Positions 39,660 through 51,769 of a DNA stretch of 64,000 nt are shown piece by piece. The notes beneath the pieces were generated by a model. It had not been told where the DNA came from and ran no database searches. It was given only the letters and a program-made list of their open reading frames with translations. Both the position numbers and the translations under genes were made by a program. The first letter of the stretch is position 1, and each line of letters starts with the position of its first letter. The stretch lies in contig CM060732.1 of NCBI GenBank assembly GCA_030704615.1, positions 18,786,001 through 18,850,000 of the forward strand, in the 5' to 3' direction. This DNA comes from Takakia lepidozioides (lineage: Eukaryota > Plantae > Bryophyta).

Positions 39660-40245
39660 GAAATGGCTCTGAGAACTGCTCCAAGGACCTTTCAGGACCA
39701 CACGACTGCTCCGGATGTGAATGTCGTCAACGCCATTCAAAACATTCCATTCAATGATACTGTAAATACACCCTAATCCACGTGAATGCAAACTCTCGCT
39801 TTGGAATGACACAGACATAGAAGTGAATGTCGTCAACGACATTCACTTTGGATTTGTGAATACACTGCTAATCAAGCCTAATGATTTCTCAAAAGAGGCA
39901 AAATCATTAAATGAAAATCAGAAACTCGACTAAGGAACCCTCCCCAAACATTCATAACGAACATAACACTGAGGACCTTATAATAACACTGGATGTGTAT
40001 GGCGTCAACGCCATTCACAAAATTACCAACAAGGAACCAATTAATTAGCTCCCAATCCATGTAAATTCAAATTGTCGTTGGTGAATGACATAGATATAGA
40101 AGTGAATGTCCTCAACGACATTCACTTTGGATCTTTGATAACACAACTAATCAAGCCTCAAGATTTCTCGCAAGAGGCAAAAGCAATGCAGAACAACTGA
40201 ATGTCTGCATTGACATTCAGCAAACTGAAGTGAGGAACCCTCACT
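39660..40245 (-). repeat. Two ~280-bp tandem intronic units; a third copy lies inverted at 43810-44040
   Basis: Each unit has two GTGAATGTCGTCAACGACATTCAC-type dyads (39717, 39823, 39995, 40102; and 43865, 43987). Confidence 0.85.
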
Positions 40246-40619
40246 GTAAAGAGGAGAGGAGGAAAAAGAGAAAGCCCGCGGAAGGGAAGGCGAACGCGGG
40301 AGAGGAGGAGAAAGAAAAGAGAAAGCCGCGGGAGGTCAGGGGAGAAAGATCGTGGAGCGAAAAAAAAAAAAAAAAAAAAAAACATACAAAACGACGATTC
40401 CACGATTCGATCCCGGGATGCATCGCGGCGGAATCGCCATTCTTACCACTACACTATCCCTAAAAACTCAACAACCCCCTCCTGTAAAATTATATTTAAG
40501 GTGTTTTAAACCCCCCTTTGTATGTATAATGTTGTACATGGGGGGGTTTAAAATACCCCCTCCTATGCACGCACGTGGCTGGTACATTTAATGAGGAGTG
40601 CACCCCCCGGGAGGGAGAG
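40245..40619 (-). mobile_element. Displaced (inverted) left end of the P-like element: TIR 40596-40611, TSD copy 40612-40619
   Basis: The minus strand reads CTCTCCCT-CCCGGGGGGTGCACTC. The 16-mer is identical to the right end at 49378-49393, which is followed by CTCTCCCT. Both ends share TACA(G)GAGGGGG-like subterminal motifs. Confidence 0.85.
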
Positions 40620-40958
40620 AGACTTCCTTGTTCGCCGCCATTCATCAAAGATCCAGAGGAGGGCTCCTAGGAAACTTCATAAGCAGGCAGGTGGTACCTC
40701 CGCCATCACTGCCGTGGTTCCCTTGTGCAGCAAAAAAATAGACAAATGTGACAGTGAATCTTCCCTCATCTCTAAGCCACCGCCATCGTCTTAAAGAGCC
40801 CACATACGTGGCGCTCACATTTCTCGCAACGCAAGAAGAAAGACATTAGGGTTGCGCAGGGTTTTCCCCTGTCTGGCCCCTTAGAGAGAGACGCAGAGCA
40901 AGAGAGCAAATGACGAGGCGTCGTTTGTTGGAGAACACAGGGCCAAGGCAGCAGGTGA

Positions 40959-43776
40959 ATGGAGACTGATTCACAAGAGCAGACCGAGACTGAGGCAGCG
41001 GCTGATAACAGTGCGCGTTGGAAACCAGCCTGTGGATGCAGAGATGACTCGCAGGGAAATTGAAGGAGGTGGAAGCACGAGGAACGCTGAACCGGGAGAA
41101 GGTCCAGAAACCCTAGAGCAGACAGAAATTCCAGCAGATGTGAGAGGGAAGAGGAAAGCTGCAGAAGGGGATCCAATTTCAAAACCTATGAAGGCGCCAG
41201 TAAGTTTTCTCTAACTTACATTTCATTGTTGAAGATCTGCGTAGAGATTGAGTGGAATGTCCCAGAAAGGGATTGTCGCTACCGACCATCACCACGAAAC
41301 AACGGTGATTTGCTTTCTACTCCTCTATTAAGGGTTTACCGCACAATGAGTGGGTGACTGACGGTACCGTCAATCACCGTTGTTCAGATCATACAGTCTG
41401 TCTGATTGCCTTTCAAGTAGTCCTTCCTCTTCCCTTCTTTAGCAGGAACATGTGATTGAAGTCTACTGAATTGCGAGCGTCGTTAACGCCATTCGATTCT
41501 CCTCATGAGATTTATTTACCTATGTGTTTGAAGAGAGAGTGAGGGTCGGCATATTCAGTCATAATGTATTGCAATGCATTTTCTTTGTATGAGGTTGAAT
41601 AGATAGAGAAGTGGAAAGGCGGTACCGCCAATCAAAGATTTGAAGACCATACTGTAGATTCAGGTAGAGTATCGATTGGAAAGTACTCTCGACAAAGACA
41701 GGAAACCGTGAATGCTTGCAACGGTAATCACAATGGAGTCAATCTGAATAATCTGCACTTACTGTCCGCCCTAAACTATACTGAATGTCGTTGCCGCCAA
41801 TCACTTACACATATATGTCATTACACAACACCGATCTGGCAGGTCCTTATCTTTTGTGATTGTCGTTAACGCCGTTCACTATCGCTCTCGCTTTTGTTTT
41901 GAATTCGGCAGGATCAGCTTTGCTTGTGTAGATGGTTCTGAATTTGTTTCACACCATTCATTGTGAGTTTCTTCGAGACAGAGTGATGGTCGTTACCGCC
42001 GTTCACTATTTGCAAATTACTCAGTCAAATTTGAATGGCATCGTGCAGAAAACTGTGAGGTCCAAGCCTACAGGATCAGAGGGGAAAGGATCTGGAGATG
42101 GGGACGAATCTGGAAAAAGCTCAGAGAATACAGATGAAGCAGATGAATCTGAAGTGCACTACCTTGACAAGGTGAAAGAACTCATGTCATTCCAGAAGGT
42201 AAACTCTCAGGAGGTTATAAGGGACATGCTCGTATCTAGAGGGCGTCTGGACATCCCTCTGTGCCGGATGATATCTATGTCTGTTGTGCGTCCACCTCTT
42301 TCCCATGATATAACAAAATTGGAGAGTGATTTTGTGCATGGATACAGACTTGGTGCACAAGTTTTTTATGTGTCACTGACGGATATAAATGGGAAAAGCA
42401 CATTAGTGTCTCCAGAGATCAGTGATAACTGGGATGAGTGCTGGAAAGATGCCAATGAGGAGTTCGAGCTGGGCCTCATGATGGGAAAGAACACCCAGCA
42501 ATTCTGCAACCACATGTTCTACGTCTGGGACGGCAACCACCGATTGCTGGCATGGATGGGATACATCCAGAAACACCATGTGAAAGACAAAGACAAGCAT
42601 GTTGCTGTGGAGGCAATGGTTTTTGATCCAGGAAACGACATCGCTAGGCTTCTTACAGCTATGCACGACGTGAACAAGTAAGTCATCCTAGAGATTTCAT
42701 TCCCTCTGTAGTGTCTTGTTAATCCCCCAAAAACAGTGTTAAGGAATGCAATGTTTCCAATGTTTTTGCAGATCGACAGAGAAATCGCATGTGACAACAA
42801 GCTTGGTCCACACACTTTTCCAAATTCAGAGGATTGGTCTGATGAAGCTGGATGATTTTCGGACAGTACTCCCACCCAATATAATCAAGAAGTGCAAAAC
42901 AAGAAGAGCTGCAGGCACTTGGTATTCTTTGACTCGAGAGGCGTTTCTGGAATACATGTATGCGGTAAGCCCAAGTCTGTACTCAGTTTACTTTTTGAAT
43001 ACATGTTTGTAGTCCCTTCGGTGCTAATCACTATTTGAATCAATGCAGCAAGAACTAGCAGAGGCAGCTGAGAAGGGAAAATCCGAATATTACCGCACTA
43101 CACCAGAGGAACTAAGGACAAAGGGTGTGGAAGCAACAATAAAGAAGGAGTTTGAAATGCGAAGAACCAAATTGATGTCCGCCTTCAGAAAACAGCTTAG
43201 AATAGTAGATCCTGGACTTGGTTTTGAGTTCCTTCAGCAGATCAAATCTCACTATGACAAGCATGTGCATCCGGAGATGCAGCAGGAGAAATTGCACCGG
43301 TTGGCCATATCCATGGTCGACCCACAAACAAAAATAAGGTGGCTGGAGATATGGAACTCAGAAGGACTTGAATCAGTTCCCAAAGAGCACCATACAGCCT
43401 GGCACAAAGGTGAAAGGAATCAGTGATTTGGTGTTTGATAACTGGCTCCACAAGGCTACATTTTGGAGTCAGGTGTGTATTCAAATCAGCCGTTTTCTTT
43501 TCTTCAATTATGTGATGAGTATCTTATTTGCAATACTGACAAATATACAATTTGCAGCTCGAAAAGCGCGCCGTCATTGTGCTGGATCAGACTTTGAAGG
43601 ACTTGAACATTTCGATTGTTTCCCCTCCCCAAATGTCATTGGAGGCATACATAAGGAAGTGGAGAGGTCTCACCTGGAGATACTGTTTTTTCCGGGAGTT
43701 CTCCAAAGATGGTAACATTTTACGGTCCAACGACTTTGACAGTCAGGTTGGAGGAGAGTGGGCCATGATGCGAGTT
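40959..43776 (+). pseudogene. ParB/Sulfiredoxin-like-domain gene (copy 2), probable 5' half of a ParB-methyltransferase fusion
   Basis: Exons ~40959-41199, 42049-42677, 42772-42964, 43049-43472 and 43558-43776 are GT-AG. VRPPLSHDITKLESDFVHGY and FYVWDGNHRLLAW resemble ParB/Srx box I/II (DGxHR). Two frameshifts, and no terminal exon downstream on +. Confidence 0.78.
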
Positions 43777-44057
43777 GTGTACAGGTGCAATATCATACTG
43801 AAAACTCTACTGCATTTTTTGGGAAATAATTTGGCTTCATAAGGATTGTAATCATAGATCCAAATTGAATGTCGTTGACGACATTCACTTCTTTGTCTGA
43901 GTCATTCTTAAGCGAGAATTTGAATTCACCTGGATTAGGAGCTTAGGGTGTAATTATAGTGTCCCTGATTAGAATTGATAATGTCCTTGAATGGCGTTGA
44001 CGACATTCACATCCAGAGTTGTTGAGAGGTCCTCAGAGTCGTCCCTAGATTTCCAGA

Positions 44058-44460
44058 TGGCGGATTCCAAGCTCCAGATTACCTATGATTCCATGTGGAA
44101 TGATAGCTACAAGAAACCTGGATGGGTAGATGGTCAACTGGAAGCCACAGTAGTAGCTGCAGAGGCATGATGTACGCATTGTTAGTGTGGAGGGAGGGGT
44201 AGCTGTTGATGCAGGGAGAGGATCATGGGTGCAAAATCATCCAAGAGGGCCAGATTTGGAGCAAGGAACAGCGCTGGCAGGAGTTCTATAAATTTGATCC
44301 ACAGCGGTGGGACAATATTGTCAACAAGGTGAGCTTTCTTCATGCAACATCGTAGGGAGTTTGACAGAACTTTGTATTTAAATATGTTAGTGTGGAGGGA
44401 GGGCTAGCCGCTGATGCAAGGATGGACTGTGGGTTCAGGATCACCCAAGAGGGCTACCAG
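44058..44460 (-). repeat. Dispersed repeat family R copies at the inversion breakpoint
   Basis: Reverse complement of TTGACCATCTACCCAT..GGTTTCTTGTAGCTA..GGTAATCTGGAGCTTG and GGCCCTCTTGGATGA, also seen at 51770-52035, 60740-60910 and 61632-61803. Confidence 0.75.
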
Positions 44461-44766
44461 CAGTGGAAGTAGCAGCATTTGGTCAATAGCAGCAGCAAAA
44501 ATTAACAACATCAAACTCATCAATCAGGTACTTGCTTCTGTATACATTTCATCCTCTTATGAACGTAGTTCCTACTTGGACAGCCTATAGGGTTGTATAA
44601 AACAGGACTTTGGAACCTTCCAACCCGGGTGCTTTGTTATTGGTCTATCAAGGTCTGATTTGAAATGTTTTCATTGCATTTTGCAGGTGAACTCATCATG
44701 GAAGAAGAGTTGGAAGTAAAAGTCCTGCTTGTTTGAGGAGATGCATCACCAAACAGGCTTGGTTCT

Positions 44767-47700
44767 GTGTTCACTATGCAAGGTGTCACATACAAATGCA
44801 TCCGAGCAGAAATTATAGGTGATGAGCTTGTCTCAGCAAAATTTCCTTTCCTTTCCATGGGGGGTAGTGTCCTTTCAGCCAAGCAAGAAGAGAGGATGGT
44901 TCTGAAAGGGGATACTGTACACATTAAGATTTCAGACCAAAATGATGGGGACCAAGGATTGAAAAAACCTCTATCTTCCAGTGGTTCTACGATCTTGCAT
45001 GAGGACAGACCAGGCGAGGACCCGACACCAGTGTCTACCAAGATGAGGATGGACCCTGATACACCCTTTGCTGGCGATGGTGGAAATGAAGACCATGCAC
45101 ATGAGCATGCACTTCAGCAAAGATCTGGTAGATTGTGCAGCACGTTGGCTACATCCAACGATATTCAAAAATGGCATAAAGAGATTAGAGCCGTTGAAAG
45201 GAAAATCTCTGCAGAAGGACGATGTGACAAGTTTGAGCTGATGACAAAGGATCAACAAGCAATGTTCCACATATGGTGTGTTGAGTGTGAGGATGTTTAT
45301 GCACGGTCTGGGAAAAACAAACCATATGATGCATGTGCAAACTTTATGAGATCTCATTTGAGGAGTGAGGGGCATTGCATAGCCTATGAGAGGCGTCATG
45401 GGAAGGGTTCATCACAATGTGTCATCAGCCCTGTAAGATGAAGCATTAGACGCAAAGAAGAACAGGGTGAAGGAGGCATTAGAGGAAGTCGCTCGGTTTT
45501 GTGAGGACAATCCTGGAAACAGATTTGAGATTGTGGAAGCCACAATTGGAGACTATTCGCAGTTGGGTTCCATAAGGATTAGGTGCCCACTGGATTCGAA
45601 GTGGCTACTCTTGTTTCCAAGGACAGGTTCTTTGCAATCTTCTTTGACAGAGCATGTGAAAGGAAAAACTCATGTCGATGCAGAGATTTGCCAGAAGGTT
45701 GGAAGTAGTGAAGGACCTTGCAAAAAGAGAGGAAGGCCTCCAAAGCCTATGATTGCCAAAGATGTAAAGCAACGGGATCTAAGCTCTTTCTTGGTCAGTC
45801 AACCTGTGTTGCTGTCCCCACCACTTGACAATCCAATTGTGGCATCAACAATGGGAGCATCCTCGTCACAAACTCCATACGCTTGTGTTGACGCTGCCCA
45901 ACGGGGAGATCTGATCGAGGATTGACAATTACAGCAAAGGTCCCAATGCAACAAAGGAAGAGACAGTTTGTGTTGGGGCCTATGGGATGAATGGTGGGAG
46001 TACAACCAGCAGAGAATAAGTCTGAAACCATTCCTTCAAGATAGCAAGGGAGGAAAGAAGTGGTATGTCGAGCTGTTGACAAATGCAACCATCACTCTAA
46101 ACAATCGAGAGCATAAGATTGTTGGTACGTTTCGGCACGCGGATTGTTTTAGAGTGTCATTGGATGGGGAGCCATTTCCAAACTTGAGATGTTCAGCATG
46201 TTCTTCCATTCCCTTGGAAAATGACTTCAGAATGAGGGTATATAGAGAAAGAGGTGCCATGGAATGTAGAGGGGAGAGAGATACTGGCAAGGGAAGAAGG
46301 TTGTCATATCTTGGAAATGCGGAGATTGTCAAACAAGTTTACAAAAACAGACAGGAGTTGAGGCAGTTGAGGTTCAAATTGTGGGAGGCCAGGACCAAAG
46401 TGGCATCATTGTCTGTGCGATGTAGGAGTTTGAAGGAGTCTGGGATTGAGGCAATTGAAAGAGGAGATGTTCTCAAATTTTGTCGTGATATTGTTGATGC
46501 ACATAGGAGGGGGGATTTTGAAGGAAAAGAAAGTTTGTGGGATTTTCTTGTTGATATGGGCAAGAATATTGACAGGTCTCCACAAGGGAAGAGGTATGGT
46601 ACTAGCACAAAAACAATGTTTGAGACTGTGCAGCTTTGGGGGGGTCCGAGATTGCATCATTTTTTGGCTTCAAATGTGGGGGGTCCTTCTATTGATACTA
46701 CAAGACGGTCTTTGAGGAAAGGTTTGAAGTATAGAGCGGGAGAAACGGATGATATATTTCAGCATGTGGCTGGAATTTACAGAGATGTGATGGAAGATGC
46801 AAATATTCCATTGGGAAGCATCCCAGTGATGGTGGCCGAAGATGAAACTGTTGTGAAGCGATTGGTACATTGAATTGCTAGGGATGACACCCTTCTCGGG
46901 TTTTGTGGGCTTCAAGACAACCATGTATGTATTTCAAATTTTGTGGTGCAAGTGGGAGAAGGGGAATCAGGGTACCAACATATTGTGGAGGCATTCAAAA
47001 ACAATGTGGTTGCCCATTATGCTAGAGTGTTGATAGCAAATCCTCTACATGTACGGTTACCTCGATTGGTATTGGTAATCCAGCTCACTTGCAATAGATT
47101 TGACAACAATTTTGTGAGATCACAATGGGAAGTGGTGAGACAGTTGTGGGACAAATATGCGAGGGACGTGGTTGGGCCTATAATTGGGCATGCTTCAGAC
47201 GGAGATAGTAGGAGGAGAAAAGTGATGTTAGAAGATTATGCCAATGGGGCTGGAAATAGATTTTGCATCCCTTGGGAATGATGGTTGTTTACAGGTCGAG
47301 TGTGCAACGGGGGAGATATATACGGACTCCATGATCAGGACTTCATCCACAATGGGAAAAAATTGGTGAATCCCTTGGACAGTGCATCACGGACTTTGGT
47401 GTTGGGTGATGAGGTTGCTACATTGAATCATGTGTTATTGGTCTACCATTCATTTTCAGTGGACAAGCATGGACTTCGGGAATGTGATATCAAAAGAGAA
47501 GATCGACAGAATTGGGCAGCAGCTCAACGACTGGCATCTCGGAAGGTGCAAGCTTGTTTGAGGGAGTTACAATCAACTGTGAATCATCGAAGAGAGAGGA
47601 CCAAAGGTACTGAAATTTACCTATACATCATTTCATGCTACATCGACATTTTTTTGTCTCCTCACATGTCATTGTGTGAGAGGGTACAATCTGCTGCGAA

Positions 47701-49102
47701 GGTATCATTTTTTTTCAGATTGTGGAAGTTGTGGCTATTCCAGCACGAGGTGTATAATCTGAAATCCTTCTTCATTAGCAGGGAAGCATACTTGGATTTA
47801 CAAATTTCATGCCACTACGTTATCAAATTGTTCAAGGATAAGTTTAATCATGTGCAAGTTCCTTTGAGCCTTGTTGGTTCAGATGTGTGTGAAATATTCT
47901 TCAGCAAAGTGGGAGGTATGTCACGGAATGAGAGGACATATGACGGGTGTGATTTGATTGAGAGTGCGGGAGCATTAACACGCATATCCGAGTTCGAGGC
48001 GAATCCAAAAGGACCCAAGTTCTCAAGAGCTCACAAGAAACAAGAACACATATGGTCTTCTTTGGAGAAGAAGCCAGGTATCCCCCTTGCTGATTTGTCC
48101 GACTTTTCTACTGTCCAATCGGATGATTGCATTGTGGAGGCTTTGAAAACTGGATTTCTAGAAGCGCAACTTTTATGCCATAAACTTGGGATGAAACCAA
48201 ACAAAGCAACAAACTTGGATTGGTGGAATGAGCCATGGACAATTGAGAGACAAATGGAGGTCGAGCTATTCAAAAGCATGGAAGAGGAGGGTGATGATGT
48301 CAATGCCATAGATTCTATTTGTCCTCTTAATGCAGACACACATATTCAAAATGAGGTCGTGGAAGATGAATTGGTGTGCGGGCCTTCGAATTCAATGGAG
48401 GATGTTTTGAGCCAACCTTTGGATGATCATGCGGAAGAGGTACTTGTTCAAAGTGAATTGAGACATACTCTGGATGCTGTCATTGATGAGTTTGAACAAG
48501 AGAAAGATGGATCGAAGGCAGTGGTTCCATTTGTCAAAGTAGACGGGAAGACCATATTCAAAAGCACTTTGGTTAGCCAACTCAATGGCAACCCTACTCT
48601 ATCCAAGGATAGATTGACACAAGTAAGAAGTGCATTGATGTTGTTTTGCCGAGAAAACAAACCAACTACCAGCAACAAAGCCACGAGCTTGGGATTGGGT
48701 TCGGATTGTGCTGTATTTTTTGTTGATGGGGAGACTGCGATCCAAACTACAAACAGGAAAGGTAGACCAGGGAAAACCTGCAGAGGAGTAACCAAAGGCA
48801 CTTGGTATTTGGGCAGGGTTCAAAGAATGCGGAAGAAAATCAATAAGCGGTTTGTAGAATGTAGGGATTCTGTTGATTTATTGGAGCGTCCTTCTCATAT
48901 GGAGATTGGGTTAGCATGGTACCAAAAAATTCAAGGAGGGGTCTATACATACGATTTGACGGATAACATGATGGTTGATTTGGATTCCATTATCGCGTTA
49001 GCATGTTTAAAGTACAATGTCAAGTCAAACACATATGTTCTTGATGCAAATGACCGAAAAGTCTTTGACAACTTTATCAAAGGCAAATATTTTTTTAATT
49101 AA
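44767..49102 (+). pseudogene. P-element-like DDE transposase (~1400 codons, apparently intronless; three in-frame stops and one frameshift)
   Basis: 45467-49102 is a single frame. AEDET, HASDGD, QDFIHNGKKLVN, EDRQNWAAAQRL and GSDVCEIFFSKVGG parallel the P/THAP9 motifs FDEM, SDMG, DxPHLxKxxRN, KMxVxxAxQ and QDxLENFF..R..GG. The N-terminus has two C2H2-like fingers and an AT-hook (KKRGRPPK). Confidence 0.75.
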
Positions 49103-49139
49103 TTTGTTAGATTTTATTATGTTTTAAATGAATAAATTC

Positions 49140-49401
49140 GATATAATATAAAAACATACATATACATATTGGAGGGTTATTTTTAATGATGAAAAATGAG
49201 AATATACATACAGAAGGGGGTACTTTTCGAAAATTGTAAATTTTTGTATATTTACAGGAGGGGATTTTATAATCTTCAAAAAGTATGTACAGAGGGGGTA
49301 TAAATTATCCAAGGACCCGTATACATGGGGTTTTTTTTATTAGGCGACGAACGCATGTGATACGCACAGTTTATAAAGAGTGCACCCCCCGGGCTCTCCC
49401 T
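49140..49401 (+). mobile_element. Right end of the P-like element: subterminal repeats, TIR 49378-49393, TSD 49394-49401
   Basis: GAGTGCACCCCCCGGG-CTCTCCCT, preceded by about five TACA(G/T)..GGGG motifs. Confidence 0.85.
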
Positions 49402-49539
49402 CCCTTTATAAACCCTACCTTTTGAGACCAAGCTCTTTTTTCTTGTGCTTGGCAAGACTTTGCTTTGGTTAAGGTAGCAGTGTTGTGGTGCTGGTGGAGA
49501 CCTCCCTGCACGGTTAGGCTTGAGGAGAGATGACGACTC

Positions 49540-51400
49540 TCCCCCAAACAGTAAAAAAGGTCACTTGTGGCTTCGGCCTGATCCACAAAACCCTTCACGT
49601 ATCATGAAACCAGCAGCACCGTATGTTCTCACTCCCGCTGAAATCACGATATTTCTTGATACTTTGGGGGCTATCAAAACTCCTTCGGGATTTGCAGGTG
49701 CATTTCAGAAACACATACACCCGTCTAGGAAACATTTGACGAGTATGAAGTCCCATGATTATCACGTTTTCATGCAACAGATTTTACATGTGTGTATTCG
49801 CCATTGCATGGCTCCAGGCCCACGTGGGGTCATTATGCGTGTGAGTCGCATTTTCCGCCGGATTTGTGCCAAAGTATGGGACCCTAACGAAATAGATTCA
49901 TTGCGTGAGGATGTTACTATAACCTTGTGTCTGTTAGAGAAAGAGTTCCCCCCTTCTTTCTTTGATGTCATCTCGTAGATGAACTAGACACATGTGGTCC
50001 AGTGTCTTCACGGTGGATGTATCCCATGGAGCGTTACATGAAAGATCTCAAGGGATACGTTAGGAATTACGCAAAGCCAGAAGGGAGTATGGCTGCAGGG
50101 TATGTTCTTGATGAGGCCATGGGGTGCATGAGTGAGTATATGCAATCATTTGATGCAACTCAACGGCGGATTTGGGATGAAAATGCGGAGGAAGGGGTTG
50201 AGAACAAGGTCTTGGAAGGTGTCGGCAAAAAGCGGGACATGAGTAGAGCTGAGAGAGATGCAGCACATTTGTATGTGCTGAACAATACCAATGTGATGGT
50301 TCCTTGGGTGTAGTGAGTTCTTCTTTTCATTGCACCTTATTCATATCAAGTTCAAATGCAATTGTGACTGTCACCAGTGTAATAGAACCACCCACAAAGT
50401 CACAAATGTCAATGGTTCATCGTGATGATAACCACTTCTGTAGTAACTGAATGTCTAAGTGAATGACTTTTTGGAAGAACATGTTCATTTACAAGTCATT
50501 CTGCTCACTCATCCAGTGGTTTTCAAAGTATCATTCATGCTAGGTATTTTTTGCAAAGTAATGCAACACTTCATTGCTAACATGTGTCATTCTTGTTGCC
50601 ATTTTGTGACATAAAGTATGCAACAGAGAAGACACAGTTCACTGCAGACAGAGAGGCATGTGCTCGTGAGTGGCGTGCCAATCGTCGACGTCACCGCCGC
50701 CTTCCGGTGCCATACCCTCCCCATTTGTTGGAGTTTCCACCCCTACCGGTATGGATACGCCGTGCAGTCCAGGCCCATGTCTCTGAGCATGGTGTTGAGG
50801 ATACGGATGTAATTCATTTGTCTACTCCCCCCTCATTGAGATCAGCTTCATTTCATGGCAGGAAGGCGTATGAAAATCATTATTGAGTGGATGACACGGA
50901 GAGTCGTCTTCTTGTCTCTTTTGATTCCGGAGTTGCATCCGTCTTCCAGCAACAGAGCAGAAATAGTGTGCGTGATAGAAATCCAGTCATGTCACCATTG
51001 GAGTACGTTGGGGTCATCAAAGAGATCTTCAAATTGGATTATGGACGAGTGCACCCCATTGTATTTCGTTGTGCTTGGGTGAGGGCCAACCTAGTTGGAC
51101 AAAATGCTACAATGAAGCGGGATTTGTATGGTTTTCTACTTGCAAATTTTGGGAGGATGTTACCCGCCAATGATCAGCCGTTCATCTTTCCATCTCAAGT
51201 TGAACAGGTGTTCTTTTCGGATGAGTCCCCAAGTTCGGAGTGGAAGGTAGTCCTTCGGAAGGATCCCAGCCTTGCACACGCATGGCAAACACAAACAAAT
51301 GTGATGTGGTTGGGTTTCACCCTTCGCGCAACAGTTGCTCATAGGTTTCCAAAGCACTCCTACCACACCCATCCTTGGTAAATCCTGCCAACATTATATT
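49540..51400 (+). mobile_element. CACTA (En/Spm) Tnp2/TnpD-like transposase, 3' fragment (DUF4218- and DUF4216-like regions)
   Basis: APYVL..IKTPSG..MKSHDYHVFMQQIL..CLLEKEFPPSFFDV..GPVSSRWMYPMERYMKDLKGYVRN..PEGSMA..Y and YVGVIKEI..LDY..FRCAW..DQPFIFPSQVEQVFF..WKVV. The N-terminal part and CACTA termini were not seen. Confidence 0.9.
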
Positions 51401-51769
51401 CCACATGATCAAGATCGTTGAGGCACTCTGTGGAAAACCTGGTGAGCATCCATGATGCTCCCACACTTAACATACATGTTGACAAGGGTGTTGAGTAAAA
51501 AAACATTTGGCGTTAATCCACTTTGGATAATGTGAGTGTGCACCTGTTTCCAGCTTCCAGACCTTTCATCTTGATGCACTTAAGCAAGAGACAGACATAC
51601 GTATCTGAATCTGCTGAAATGCCTTGTTGGTTTAAAGTTGTAGAGCCTCTGTTAGTCTGCCTACCTCACAAAGCATCTTCACAAGCCCAACTGAAGAGGC
51701 ATTGTGGACTCCCTCTCTTGATCCTCTTTCAGAAGCTGTGGCATGGTTGAGGTGCCCGATTATATCAAC

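Noticed and set aside
40412-40611. Small MITE bounded by two CCCGGG sites
   Set aside because: There is no TSD and the similarity is only 6-7 bp. The 40611 end pairs with 49393 through an 8-bp TSD.
37365-43776. Bacterial or phage contamination explaining the ParB and methyltransferase domains
   Set aside because: Both halves have multiple spliceosomal introns, conserved in a paralog for the ParB half, and are interleaved with plant TEs.
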